A stretch of 64,000 nucleotides of DNA from contig QMVG01000003.1 in the NCBI GenBank assembly GCA_003660975.1, forward strand, positions 53,235 through 117,234, read 5' to 3'. The stretch comes from Candidatus Micrarchaeota archaeon. GTDB lineage: Archaea > B1Sed10-29 > B47-G15. Positions 36,355 to 45,436 of the stretch are shown here, in pieces. The position numbers and the translations under genes were made by a program. Within the stretch, counting starts at the first letter, position 1; the number at the start of each line of letters is the position of its first letter. The notes below the pieces were generated by a model. The model saw only the letters and a program-made list of their open reading frames with translations. It searched no databases and was not told the DNA's origin.

Positions 36355-37211
36355 TTTCTTGCCTCCGTTAACCACGGGTATTTTTTCTCTGCTACTGCGA
36401 AGAGAGTATAAGCATTTAGATTGCCAAGCTCTGTAGAAACAAAGTCAATAAATTTAGCAGGTGTCAGGTCAAAGGCAGGGTTCATAATCTTTATTTTCTT
36501 CGGTGCGTTTCTCCATACCTCTGAGGCCTTTCTTTGCTCTATTTTTATATCTCTTTTGCTTTTGCTGGCATCTATTTTTAGTAGCTCTACCACCGCTCCC
36601 ACTTTTTTCCCATAGTCATGGGCTATTTTAGCCATCATTGCAGTGCCTATCTTGTTCATTATGCAGTTGTTGGCTGTTATCACATCCCCGCCCATAAGAA
36701 AGAAATCTACTTCTGCCATAAATTCCATTGCTGCTGAGTCAATTATGAATTTAACAGGAATGCCTTCAGATGCCAATTCCTTGGCTGTTATTCTGCCCTG
36801 GTATAATGGCCTTGTTTCAGTTACTATAACGTTGGGTTTCTTGCCTATTCTCTTGGCCTCTATTATACTTTCAACCACAAGTGATGAGTGGCAATGCGTC
36901 ATTATCGAGGACTTATCAGGGATTTTGGACGCGCAGTTTATTACTGCCTTTCTTTTAGCCTCTTTTATCATGGATATAAATTCGTCAACAGCGTCTTTTA
37001 TGCTCATCTTCACAGATGCGCTTTTTACAAAATTGAGGCCGTTGAAAAGAAGAGGTTCATTTGGTCTTGCTCTGCTTAGTATTCTTACTGCTTTATCCAG
37101 GTCTTTTTCGTCAATATGTCTAATTGCTTTGAGCCCTGCAATAGCTATATTTGTGGCTCCCTGGATTTTTATTGCTCTTATGCGCTCAGCAGTTTTCCTC
37201 ACAGTTTCCAT
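36345..37211 (-). CDS. Ribose-1,5-bisphosphate isomerase (eIF-2B-like)
   Basis: IQGA, RPNEP, THCHSS, ETRP..QG, GGD, NKIGT, NPAFD.TP. Confidence 0.88.
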   Translation of the reverse strand: METVRKTAERIRAIKIQGATNIAIAGLKAIRHIDEKDLDKAVRILSRARPNEPLLFNGLNFVKSASVKMSIKDAVDEFISMIKEAKRKAVINCASKIPDKSSIMTHCHSSLVVESIIEAKRIGKKPNVIVTETRPLYQGRITAKELASEGIPVKFIIDSAAMEFMAEVDFFLMGGDVITANNCIMNKIGTAMMAKIAHDYGKKVGAVVELLKIDASKSKRDIKIEQRKASEVWRNAPKKIKIMNPAFDLTPAKFIDFVSTELGNLNAYTLFAVAEKKYPWLTEARKWY

Positions 37212-37227
37212 TACTTAGAGAAAAGAA

Positions 37228-37803
37228 TTAGCTCTTTTTATTCTTATTCTCTCTTTGCCTTAGTATTTCGTCAAATTCGCTTCTTATTTGCCCTAATCTC
37301 TCTTTAGGATATTTTACTGTTTCAATACCAGCTTCCTTGAACAGCTGCAATGAGAAGTCATGCGGATAGTCTTCAATGTAATGGACCTTAACTATCCCAG
37401 CGTTTATTATGCTCTTTGCGCAGAAGACACAGGGGCTTGTTGTGGCGTACATCACAGCACCTTTTGTTGAATGTCCATGATAAGCAGCTTGCAGTATGGC
37501 ATTTTCTTCTGCATGCACTGCATAAGAATATTCTAAACCTTCGCCGCTCTTGAAGCCCATCTTTTTTCTGTTGCAATAACCCTTTTCAACACAGTTCCTT
37601 ATGCCTCTTGGGGCGCCATTGTATCCTGTGCTTATTATATGTTTGTCTTTCACTAGTATAGCTCCTGTGCGTCTGGATAAGCAAGTGCTCCTCGTCGAAA
37701 CGATGTCGGCAATCATCATGAAGTAGTCATCCCACGATTGCCTTTTTCTTTTCTCTATGAGCAACCACGGGCTTAGGTCTCTGACAGAACCAGAATATAC
37801 CAT
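37228..37803 (-). CDS. dCMP deaminase
   Basis: RSTC, TGYNG, HAEENA, PCVFC. Confidence 0.92.
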   Translation of the reverse strand: MVYSGSVRDLSPWLLIEKRKRQSWDDYFMMIADIVSTRSTCLSRRTGAILVKDKHIISTGYNGAPRGIRNCVEKGYCNRKKMGFKSGEGLEYSYAVHAEENAILQAAYHGHSTKGAVMYATTSPCVFCAKSIINAGIVKVHYIEDYPHDFSLQLFKEAGIETVKYPKERLGQIRSEFDEILRQRENKNKKS

Positions 37804-37880
37804 ATTTGTTCTTCTGTCTTTTCTTATTTTTAAAAGTTTTCAGCCAGTAAATTTATAAACGTAATAAACCTTTTCCATTT

Positions 37881-38171
37881 GTGAGAGGAGAAATTAGCTT
37901 AGATGAGAGGGCAGAAATCAAAAGGTACAAAAAGGACTTTCTAACATTGCTAGCTGTTAGTTTTCTTCTTTCTGTTTCAATGGTTGTTGTTATTTTGATG
38001 GCTGTAGATTTCTCAACGATAACAGGAAACATATACCTGTGGATAGTGCAGGGGGTGGTGGTTCTCACCACTCTTTTCTTCAGCTTAGCGTCATTATTCA
38101 AGTTCGTTTTTAGCTACGGGTGGGCAGAGGCCGAGTTTAAGAAATCTGAAGAAATTAGAAGATTACATTGA
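37881..38171 (+). CDS. 2-TM membrane protein
   Basis: ORF track. Confidence 0.6.
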   Translation: MRGEISLDERAEIKRYKKDFLTLLAVSFLLSVSMVVVILMAVDFSTITGNIYLWIVQGVVVLTTLFFSLASLFKFVFSYGWAEAEFKKSEEIRRLH

Positions 38172-38179
38172 GGGCTCAC

Positions 38180-38785
38180 ATGATAAGAACCGTCATATTT
38201 GATTTTGGAGGTGTGGTTGCAGATTTTGATAATTCGCTTTTCATATCCAGACTTTCTAAAAAAAGTCCCCTTTCTTTAGAAGCTATTGAGAGGGAGATAT
38301 ATGGAAAAAAGCTTGATGTCTTGTTTGAGAAAGGGCTTATAAGTAGCAGGGCATTTTACTACGAGGTAAAAAAGCGCTGCTATTTAAAGATGGATTATGA
38401 ATCTTTTAAAAAAGCATATATCAATATCTTCACGCCGGTAAATGGGATGCTATCAATCATTCGTTCGCTGAAGAAAAAAGGTTACAGAGTGCAATTATTA
38501 TCTAACACCAATTACCTGCATTTCTACAATGTCATAAGGCACTACCCTGCTGTCAAATTGATGGATGCAGTTTCACTTTCCTTCCGAGTGGGAGCTATGA
38601 AGCCAAGTAGGAGGATATATATGGATGCAGTTAAAAAAGCAAAATGCAGAGTAGAAGAGTGCTTGTATGTAGATGACATAAAATCTCTTGTTGAAGCTGC
38701 TGAAGAGATAGGAATGAAGGGCATAGTGTTCAAAAACCCCAAGAGACTCAAGCAGGGCTTGAAATCTTTTGGCATTGTGGTTTAG
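38180..38785 (+). CDS. HAD-family phosphatase
   Basis: FDFGGV, LSNT, KP, VDD. Confidence 0.88.
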   Translation: MIRTVIFDFGGVVADFDNSLFISRLSKKSPLSLEAIEREIYGKKLDVLFEKGLISSRAFYYEVKKRCYLKMDYESFKKAYINIFTPVNGMLSIIRSLKKKGYRVQLLSNTNYLHFYNVIRHYPAVKLMDAVSLSFRVGAMKPSRRIYMDAVKKAKCRVEECLYVDDIKSLVEAAEEIGMKGIVFKNPKRLKQGLKSFGIVV

Positions 38786-39231
38786 GCCTGTTTTGAGAAG
38801 CTGACTATATTTGTTTTGCCCTTCTTTTTTATTTCCACAATGCCCATGCTGTGGAGCTTTTTTACAATTCTGTGCACCTTAACTTTTGAAAAGCCAGTCT
38901 CCTTTCCTATCTTGGATTGGCTTATCTCCTTGTTTTTTAGTATTAATTCAACAATTTTTCTTTCTTCTTCTGGAACAAGAGCCAGCATCTTTTCGAGGTC
39001 TTTATCCTGCGGCTTTGCCCTTTCTCGTGCGTGCGTCATGTGATATACAATAACACCAGTGATAAAGCCTACAGAACCCAGGAGAGGAATCAGATACTGT
39101 ATTGGCAGTACGCAGCCGCATAGGTTTCCCGTCGTTATCTCGTTCTGTACATATAAAGCTGTGAAAGAAACCACCATTACAAAGACACCAACGATCACAG
39201 CTGCAATAAAAGCCTTATTTTCATCTTCCAT
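38782..39231 (-). CDS. Membrane-anchored MarR-like wHTH regulator
   Basis: 2 TM segments plus SQSKI..SKVKVHRIV.KL..G.VE. Confidence 0.8.
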   Translation of the reverse strand: MEDENKAFIAAVIVGVFVMVVSFTALYVQNEITTGNLCGCVLPIQYLIPLLGSVGFITGVIVYHMTHARERAKPQDKDLEKMLALVPEEERKIVELILKNKEISQSKIGKETGFSKVKVHRIVKKLHSMGIVEIKKKGKTNIVSFSKQA

Positions 39232-39300
39232 AGCTTTAGTTTCATTTTTTGAAACTTATAAATATATATGGTTTCAATGGTAATTAACGAAGGTGGTTTG

Positions 39301-40416
39301 ATGAGGAAAATGGTCCTGCTCATATCTCTGTTGTTTTTGGTTAATACTGTATTTGCGGAGGCCAATAGTTTTGACGTTTACCTATTTTATGGCAGGGGTT
39401 GTCCTCACTGTGCAGCCCTTATGCAGTATTTAGATTCAATATCGGATGAGTACCCAAATATGAGATTACATTTGTATGAGGTTTATTTCAATCAGAAGAA
39501 TAGAGAGCTCTTCGGACGCATGGCTGAAGCATACAACACAGAGATCCAGGGCGTGCCAACACTCTTTGTTGATGACAAGGTTATTGTAGGTTACGCCCCA
39601 TCAATGCAAGCCGTGTTCAGACAGGTATTTGACAAGTGCAGCGAAACTTATTGCAGTGACCCCATAAAAAGATTAGAATCAAGCGAAAACAGAAACATAT
39701 CCATTTCTGTGTCAGAAAGCTCTCCTGTAGAGAGCAAGGAAAAACTAACTCTTCCCCTGGTAATAGGAGCTGCCTCAGTTGATGCTATAAATCCCTGTGC
39801 ATTTGCTGTTCTCATCCTTCTAATGAGCACTGTGCTTGCCAGCTCAAAGAGAAGAAAAGCTCTCTTTTCAGGTTTGTCCTTTTCTGCGGCTGTTTACATG
39901 ATGTATTTTCTTATGGGCATTGGGATTTTCACAGCCATCCAATTGAGTGGTCTCTCAGAACTGTTTATGAAGTTCATAGGCGTATTGGCGTTAATTGTTG
40001 GCGTTTTTAACATAAAAGATTTTATAAAATTGGGGGCACTTGGTTTTGTTATGGAGGTTCCTCTGTCATGGAGGCCAAAGATGCAGGCTTTCATAAAGAG
40101 TATTACCAGCGTGCCTGGAGCTTTTTTAATAGGTTGCTTGGTTAGTCTCTTTTTGCTCCCATGCACAAGTGGGCCTTATATCGTTATTCTAGGTATGCTT
40201 GCAAATCAGTCAACCCAAATGCAGGCTGTTTTGTGGCTGTTGCTTTACAACTTTATTTTCATACTTCCTATGATTGGCATAACTCTTGCAATATACTGGG
40301 GCCTTTCAACACCTGAAAGTGCTGCCAAGTGGAGGGAAAAGAAATTGAGGTATCTCCATTTGATAGCAGGTATTGTTATGATTGCTATGGGTCTGATTAT
40401 ACTGTTCATGCTTTGA
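39301..40416 (+). CDS. Thioredoxin-CcdA fusion (thiol-disulfide transporter)
   Basis: Signal peptide, CPHC, GVP, DAINPC, LPCT.GPY. Confidence 0.85.
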   Translation: MRKMVLLISLLFLVNTVFAEANSFDVYLFYGRGCPHCAALMQYLDSISDEYPNMRLHLYEVYFNQKNRELFGRMAEAYNTEIQGVPTLFVDDKVIVGYAPSMQAVFRQVFDKCSETYCSDPIKRLESSENRNISISVSESSPVESKEKLTLPLVIGAASVDAINPCAFAVLILLMSTVLASSKRRKALFSGLSFSAAVYMMYFLMGIGIFTAIQLSGLSELFMKFIGVLALIVGVFNIKDFIKLGALGFVMEVPLSWRPKMQAFIKSITSVPGAFLIGCLVSLFLLPCTSGPYIVILGMLANQSTQMQAVLWLLLYNFIFILPMIGITLAIYWGLSTPESAAKWREKKLRYLHLIAGIVMIAMGLIILFML

Positions 40417-40418
40417 GG

Positions 40419-40868
40419 TCAGCCTCTTGTCATCTGTGCCCCGCACTTCGGACATTTTATGACATAGCATGGACTACCCCTTTGGTGAGGCACCCTGTAT
40501 CCACAGTTAGGGCAGACGCAGTATCCTCCTGGCCCAAGCCCAAAACCACCTTGTCTTCCTCTACCTCTTCCATATCCTGCTCCTGCCATTTCATAAACAC
40601 CTCCTTCTATTCTTATAGCTCTTCCTGTTGTTATGGCAGTGGCTACTTTCGCCCTTGCGCTTCTGAGTAAGCGGCTAAGAGTGGGCTGTGAGATGTTCAT
40701 TTTCTTAGCTGCCTCCTCTTGAGATAAGCCGTCCTTATCAACCAGCCTCAGGGCTTCGTGTTCATCGAATGTTAATATAATCTCTTCAAAATTGCTTACA
40801 CCGCCAGGTAGGAAAATATCCACTTCTGGTTCCATCCATATTCTCCTACATCTCCTTGGTCTTGGCAT
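40419..40868 (-). CDS. DUF134 HTH protein with C-terminal Zn ribbon
   Basis: MPRPRRCR..EALRL.D..QEEAA; CVCPNC..CPKC. Confidence 0.85.
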   Translation of the reverse strand: MPRPRRCRRIWMEPEVDIFLPGGVSNFEEIILTFDEHEALRLVDKDGLSQEEAAKKMNISQPTLSRLLRSARAKVATAITTGRAIRIEGGVYEMAGAGYGRGRGRQGGFGLGPGGYCVCPNCGYRVPHQRGSPCYVIKCPKCGAQMTRG

Positions 40869-41170
40869 CAGGCTCTCTCCAAGGCTTGCTTGACGGTAAT
40901 GCCAGAGAGCTCCACTGCTTTTACTCCTCTTTCCAACAAAGCTGCTCTCATATTAGGCCCCATTCTTCCTGCTATTACTTTGTTTACTCCTCTGTCGGCT
41001 AACATTCTGGCAACAGAAAATCCTGCTCCGCCACCTCCTATCCGGAATGGGTTGCTTATAACTTCAACAAGCTTTCCATCTTCAAATATTAAGTAATAAG
41101 GCGCTCTGCCGCCTATGTTGCTAACCATTGAGTTCTCATCCCTTCCCTCAGATGCTATTGCTACCTTCAT
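40868..41170 (-). CDS. NifB/NifX-family FeMo-cofactor-binding-like protein
   Basis: GRAPYY, NP..GGAG, GP.M. Confidence 0.85.
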   Translation of the reverse strand: MKVAIASEGRDENSMVSNIGGRAPYYLIFEDGKLVEVISNPFRIGGGGAGFSVARMLADRGVNKVIAGRMGPNMRAALLERGVKAVELSGITVKQALERA

Positions 41171-41688
41171 AACAATCTCGCCTCCTCAATCTTTTCGATT
41201 ATTATTCCTTGCAATATAGAAGCAAGGATCATGACAACAGTCAATACCAATGTGAATGACATGCCAAAGTAAAGGATTAACATAGGCAATAGTGGTATCT
41301 TTACTGCTCTGTTGTACAAAAAACAAGCGATAAAGCCATAGTTTACCCCTTTATCTTTGAGGTCTCTTAGTAATGGATACCACATATAGACAGGACCTGT
41401 AGATATAATGCCTCCAAGTATTGCTATAAACCACCTCTTAACGCCAGATGATTTTCCGAGGTGGGTGGCAACTTTCTTTGGGCTTATGTATTTGTTTGTC
41501 AAAGCCATTATTGCGATAATGACAATGAGAACAAACAGTATATTTTTGAATATGTTCAAACTAAATGTAAGTGCCATAAAGGTCTTTTCCCTGTTAATGA
41601 TTAACATCACAGCGTAAAGCATGAGAACAGCTAAGAGAAAATACCATGCAGTCATGCTTTTTTCTGGATTTCTTTTTAACAATTTCAT
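41167..41688 (-). CDS. Permease (DUF318/ArsP-like), subunit 2
   Basis: G.ISTGP.YMWYP.L..L. Confidence 0.75.
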   Translation of the reverse strand: MKLLKRNPEKSMTAWYFLLAVLMLYAVMLIINREKTFMALTFSLNIFKNILFVLIVIIAIMALTNKYISPKKVATHLGKSSGVKRWFIAILGGIISTGPVYMWYPLLRDLKDKGVNYGFIACFLYNRAVKIPLLPMLILYFGMSFTLVLTVVMILASILQGIIIEKIEEARLL

Positions 41689-42101
41689 AACAACCCCACC
41701 AAATAAACTGTTGATACTGCCACTAATATGGAAAGCAGAAAGCTAACCGCATTTCTTAGTAATGCAAAGCGCTTTCCTAATATCATCATTTCTGCTGGCA
41801 GCTGTACGAGGCCAACAGTCACCCAAGCAACTATGAAAGCAGTTACAGCCACCAAACTAACGCCTGACTTTAAAAATTCCCCTCCAAGCACATAGCTTGT
41901 TATTGGATTACCTGCCAATACGCTTCCAGTTGCAGAGCCGATTATTGGGTCAAGTATGTAATTACCTGTAAACACTACCTTATAAACTGATTTAGGTATA
42001 AGCACATTTACAAGACCTATAAGTAATACTACTCCTATCAGGACGGGAACGCTGCCCCACAGCGATCTCACTGCTCTTGCTAATGCTTCCTGCCAGTTCA
42101 C
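41685..42101 (-). CDS. Permease (DUF318/ArsP-like), subunit 1
   Basis: GS..AGNP..SY, WVTVG.VQLPAE. Confidence 0.75.
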   Translation of the reverse strand: MNWQEALARAVRSLWGSVPVLIGVVLLIGLVNVLIPKSVYKVVFTGNYILDPIIGSATGSVLAGNPITSYVLGGEFLKSGVSLVAVTAFIVAWVTVGLVQLPAEMMILGKRFALLRNAVSFLLSILVAVSTVYLVGLL

Positions 42102-42337
42102 GCTCTCAGCTCCTTGAGTCTGTCTTCAATCCTTCGCCTCTCCTCATCCAAGAATCTCAACTCATCTTCAAGTAATCTTATCTCATCCTCTTTGCTGATT
42201 GCTCTACTGTAAGGCAGATAGCTTCTGTACCATGGGCTGTAATACCTTCTTCTATACCAAAAAGCCCTGCAAGGTCCACGCCCCCATCCTGTCCCAGGAC
42301 CTAGTCCAAGAGGGCCTGTTCCATCTCCAAATGGCAT
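42098..42337 (-). CDS. DUF5320-family protein
   Basis: MPFGDGTGP.G.GP.TG.G.GPC plus coiled coil; GGAGGTGA RBS. Confidence 0.85.
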   Translation of the reverse strand: MPFGDGTGPLGLGPGTGWGRGPCRAFWYRRRYYSPWYRSYLPYSRAISKEDEIRLLEDELRFLDEERRRIEDRLKELRA

Positions 42338-42529
42338 ATCACCACCTCCTTATCTATTTTGAATTATTATTCATATCAAGTAATGAATTTATATTCAAAA
42401 TACTATATAAAGCTTTCGGTAGAAGTAAGTCCTGTAGGGTTGGGAGGAACTAGTTTAGAAACATCTTCTTTTATAGGTTATTTTTATATGGTTATCGGTA
42501 ATTACTCCTGTTCTCTTTTTTCATCAAAT

Positions 42530-43645
42530 TCACAGATATTTCACCTTACGAAAGTCCATTTGTTTTAAGAGATGTGCTACTGCCTTCTCTTTGCCCCAAT
42601 CTCCCCATGGTCCCGGTACTTTTATTTTATTTTTTATTTTATATGCAAAATCATATACTTCAGGTAATATGTCTTTCCAGCTCTCTCCTGCTTCGTCATA
42701 TAGGGGCTTTAAAGGATAGAAAAACATATCAATTCCTTTCCTAAGTAGGAAATCCTCATCATCAGACTTTTCTGAAATAATCTGAACCGCTCTTTCAGTA
42801 ACTTCCTTCACTCTGTCATATATTTTTTGGAGCTCATCTATCTCTCTTATTATTTTACCATCTACGCTCACTACAAACTTATTAATTGCTTTTGGAAATG
42901 GGGGGTTTGAATGTGTATGGCCCATAAAAAACACGGTTATATCTATGTTTTCGTATACTCCTATTTCTTTAAAGTGATCAAAAGGGAAATCAGAAACTAC
43001 ATCCCACAACTCGCCTGCCTTTAAGTGCGTGTATTCTTTCACAAAGACAGTTGATGCTTTTAGTGTATAAGGCCCGTGCATCATTCTCGAAAAATCAATC
43101 ATATAATAGTAAAGCGCTTCAGCGTAAGACATAAGAAGTGCTTCTAGTTTTGCTAATATATTTGCCATTTCAGGATTATCTTTACTGTCAACAAAAGAGT
43201 TGCTGTATTGGTTCAAATTTTGAATCAGGTTTTCTCTGGACCACACAAGGTTTCTACCTCTTTCACAGAAAGGCTCCCCGTTTCTTAGTATCACTAATAA
43301 TTTGACAAAGTATTTTGCAAGTTTGTATTTATCCTCAGCACTTAATGATCTTATTGTTTCAATTGGCCATAGATACTGATAATTAGCAATTTTTGTAGGG
43401 CTATAAATCACTCTACCTATGTCTGTTAAAGTATAACCCTTATCTTCTAAGACTCCGAACAATCGCAAAAGCTCTTTGAATACGAAAGGAGATACTATGG
43501 AATCTAGGAATACTGGATGAAAAGGCCAATAGTCTCTTCCATCACCGTGCTGCATATCTGTGTCATAAATAACCTCTGCGGTTGACCTAAACAATTCATC
43601 AATTAAGTCATTAATTTGATAGGTGGATTTTTCCCTCCGAACCAT
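42530..43645 (-). CDS. Hypothetical protein (371 aa) overlapping the PEP-utilizer gene
   Basis: ORF track; overlaps the upstream gene by 35 nt. Confidence 0.75.
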   Translation of the reverse strand: MVRREKSTYQINDLIDELFRSTAEVIYDTDMQHGDGRDYWPFHPVFLDSIVSPFVFKELLRLFGVLEDKGYTLTDIGRVIYSPTKIANYQYLWPIETIRSLSAEDKYKLAKYFVKLLVILRNGEPFCERGRNLVWSRENLIQNLNQYSNSFVDSKDNPEMANILAKLEALLMSYAEALYYYMIDFSRMMHGPYTLKASTVFVKEYTHLKAGELWDVVSDFPFDHFKEIGVYENIDITVFFMGHTHSNPPFPKAINKFVVSVDGKIIREIDELQKIYDRVKEVTERAVQIISEKSDDEDFLLRKGIDMFFYPLKPLYDEAGESWKDILPEVYDFAYKIKNKIKVPGPWGDWGKEKAVAHLLKQMDFRKVKYL

Positions 43646-43946
43646 TCACAACCACTTCCATCCCGTCTTTCAAAATTTTTGTAGCTTTTTCAGTTCCAAC
43701 CACACAAGGAATACCAAGTTCCCTTGCCACTATTGCAGCATGACATAGCATTCCACCAACATCTGTAATTATAGCTTTCGCCTTCTGTATTGCAGTTACA
43801 TATAGTGGATTTGTCATTACTGTGACTAAAATCTCTCCCTCTCTGATTTTAGAATTATCAGAAGGGCTTAAAATAATCTTAACCTTTCCTTTGGCAACCC
43901 CCGGACTTGCAGGCATACCCTTTAAAATAATTTTTTGTTTTGACAT
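43611..43946 (-). CDS. Stand-alone PEP-utilizing enzyme mobile (phosphohistidine swivel) domain
   Basis: G..ASPG...G, GGMLCHAAIVARELGIPCVVG. Confidence 0.9.
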   Translation of the reverse strand: MSKQKIILKGMPASPGVAKGKVKIILSPSDNSKIREGEILVTVMTNPLYVTAIQKAKAIITDVGGMLCHAAIVARELGIPCVVGTEKATKILKDGMEVVVNGSEGKIHLSN

Positions 43947-43997
43947 ATCCTATATTAAGACAAAAGTTATTTAAATTCTAATTTACTATACCCCACT

Positions 43998-45353
43998 ATG
44001 GTGGACGCTCGGCCAATAAAGTTGATTTTAATATTATTTGTTTTATTCTCATTTGTTTTTATGCACTCTGCTTTTGCTGATGGTGGTATTATTATCTATG
44101 ACCTTGATATGTTTGCTTGGGAGCTTCAGGATATAGACCAGCAACTATGTGAAATCAATTATGAAAATGGGTTTGAAAATATGCTTTTGTCTATAGATGT
44201 CAGTACTTTACACGGTGAAAAAGCCGCCTGGATTTTTCCTGTTCCTGCAGAACCAAGTGAGACAACAATTGATGTGATCAAGGGATTTCCAAGATTTTGG
44301 GGCTATGATGTAGAAAAACAAGTAGATAAAAAGATTTCTGATGTCTTTTCTATAATGAGATTGTCCCAGATTTATACATTGCCATTTGAGTTAGTTGCGT
44401 CTCGTATAGGCACCACAAAGGGCGATATGGAAGAAGGCATTACAATTCACGAACATATAGAGAAAACAGGTTTGACAACAGAACTAATTACTGCAGAAGA
44501 TGAAAGTGCATTCTATAATTATTTGGTAAATAAACATCTGAATTTACCCCCCAGTTTAGAATCAATTTTAGATGAGTATATAGGTCAGGAGTATTCTTTT
44601 GTGGTTTCCTGGATTTCTGATGTTGAAAAGTTCAAGCAAGAATCTACAACAATAGGTGGATATGGGAGCACTATCAATACCCTTGGCGTTTTTATCAAAT
44701 TCCCAACAGATAAAATTTATTTTCCTTTAAAACCAACGAGTGTCTATGGGAATGTAAAAATCCCAATATTGATCTATGTCATAGGGCACGTAACTCCTGA
44801 GCTTTATTCAGAAATTCAAACAGGCACTCAGGTTAATTATTTTGTTCAACCCTATTATGGAGTTCCTAATAAGTTATCCTCCTTCTTTAACGGAAAAGCA
44901 GGGATTAAAAATTTGAAGTACACAAAAATTAAGATAGACACACCTTCAAAATATTTAACTAAAGATTTATGGATAAAAAATTCTCCTCCAGATAATATCA
45001 TTTTAGTCGATTTTATAAATAGATTTGTTGAAATATGGGGTATAGCATTCTTTGCGTTAAGCTCATGTTTAGCAAGTATGTTTGCTGGAATGGTGGCTTT
45101 CAAAGGAGGAGATCAACCAAGCAAGAAAAAACTTGCTTTGTTTGGTTTATGGAACTTTTTAACCTTAATTGGCTTTATTATTGCCTCCATATTCTTTAAA
45201 ACCAAGAGACTAAAACCCAAATTAGAGCAAGAACTTAGGTCTTTGGGACTCAGTGTTTGGGATGAGAGAAAAATTTTGTTTATACTCCTATTCACAGTGT
45301 TCTTTTTGATTATAACCTTTGTTTTCCAGGTTATTTTGCAATCTATCTTTTAG
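43998..45353 (+). CDS. DUF2330-like secreted/membrane protein
   Basis: Signal peptide, DGG, AWIFPVPA, C-terminal TM segments. Confidence 0.65.
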   Translation: MVDARPIKLILILFVLFSFVFMHSAFADGGIIIYDLDMFAWELQDIDQQLCEINYENGFENMLLSIDVSTLHGEKAAWIFPVPAEPSETTIDVIKGFPRFWGYDVEKQVDKKISDVFSIMRLSQIYTLPFELVASRIGTTKGDMEEGITIHEHIEKTGLTTELITAEDESAFYNYLVNKHLNLPPSLESILDEYIGQEYSFVVSWISDVEKFKQESTTIGGYGSTINTLGVFIKFPTDKIYFPLKPTSVYGNVKIPILIYVIGHVTPELYSEIQTGTQVNYFVQPYYGVPNKLSSFFNGKAGIKNLKYTKIKIDTPSKYLTKDLWIKNSPPDNIILVDFINRFVEIWGIAFFALSSCLASMFAGMVAFKGGDQPSKKKLALFGLWNFLTLIGFIIASIFFKTKRLKPKLEQELRSLGLSVWDERKILFILLFTVFFLIITFVFQVILQSIF

Positions 45354-45436
45354 CTCACATCCAAACCTTCATTTGCTTTGGTGAAGAATCAACAAAAAAT
45401 CTTATAAACACCTAGTTGCTTTTTAACTGGATAAAT

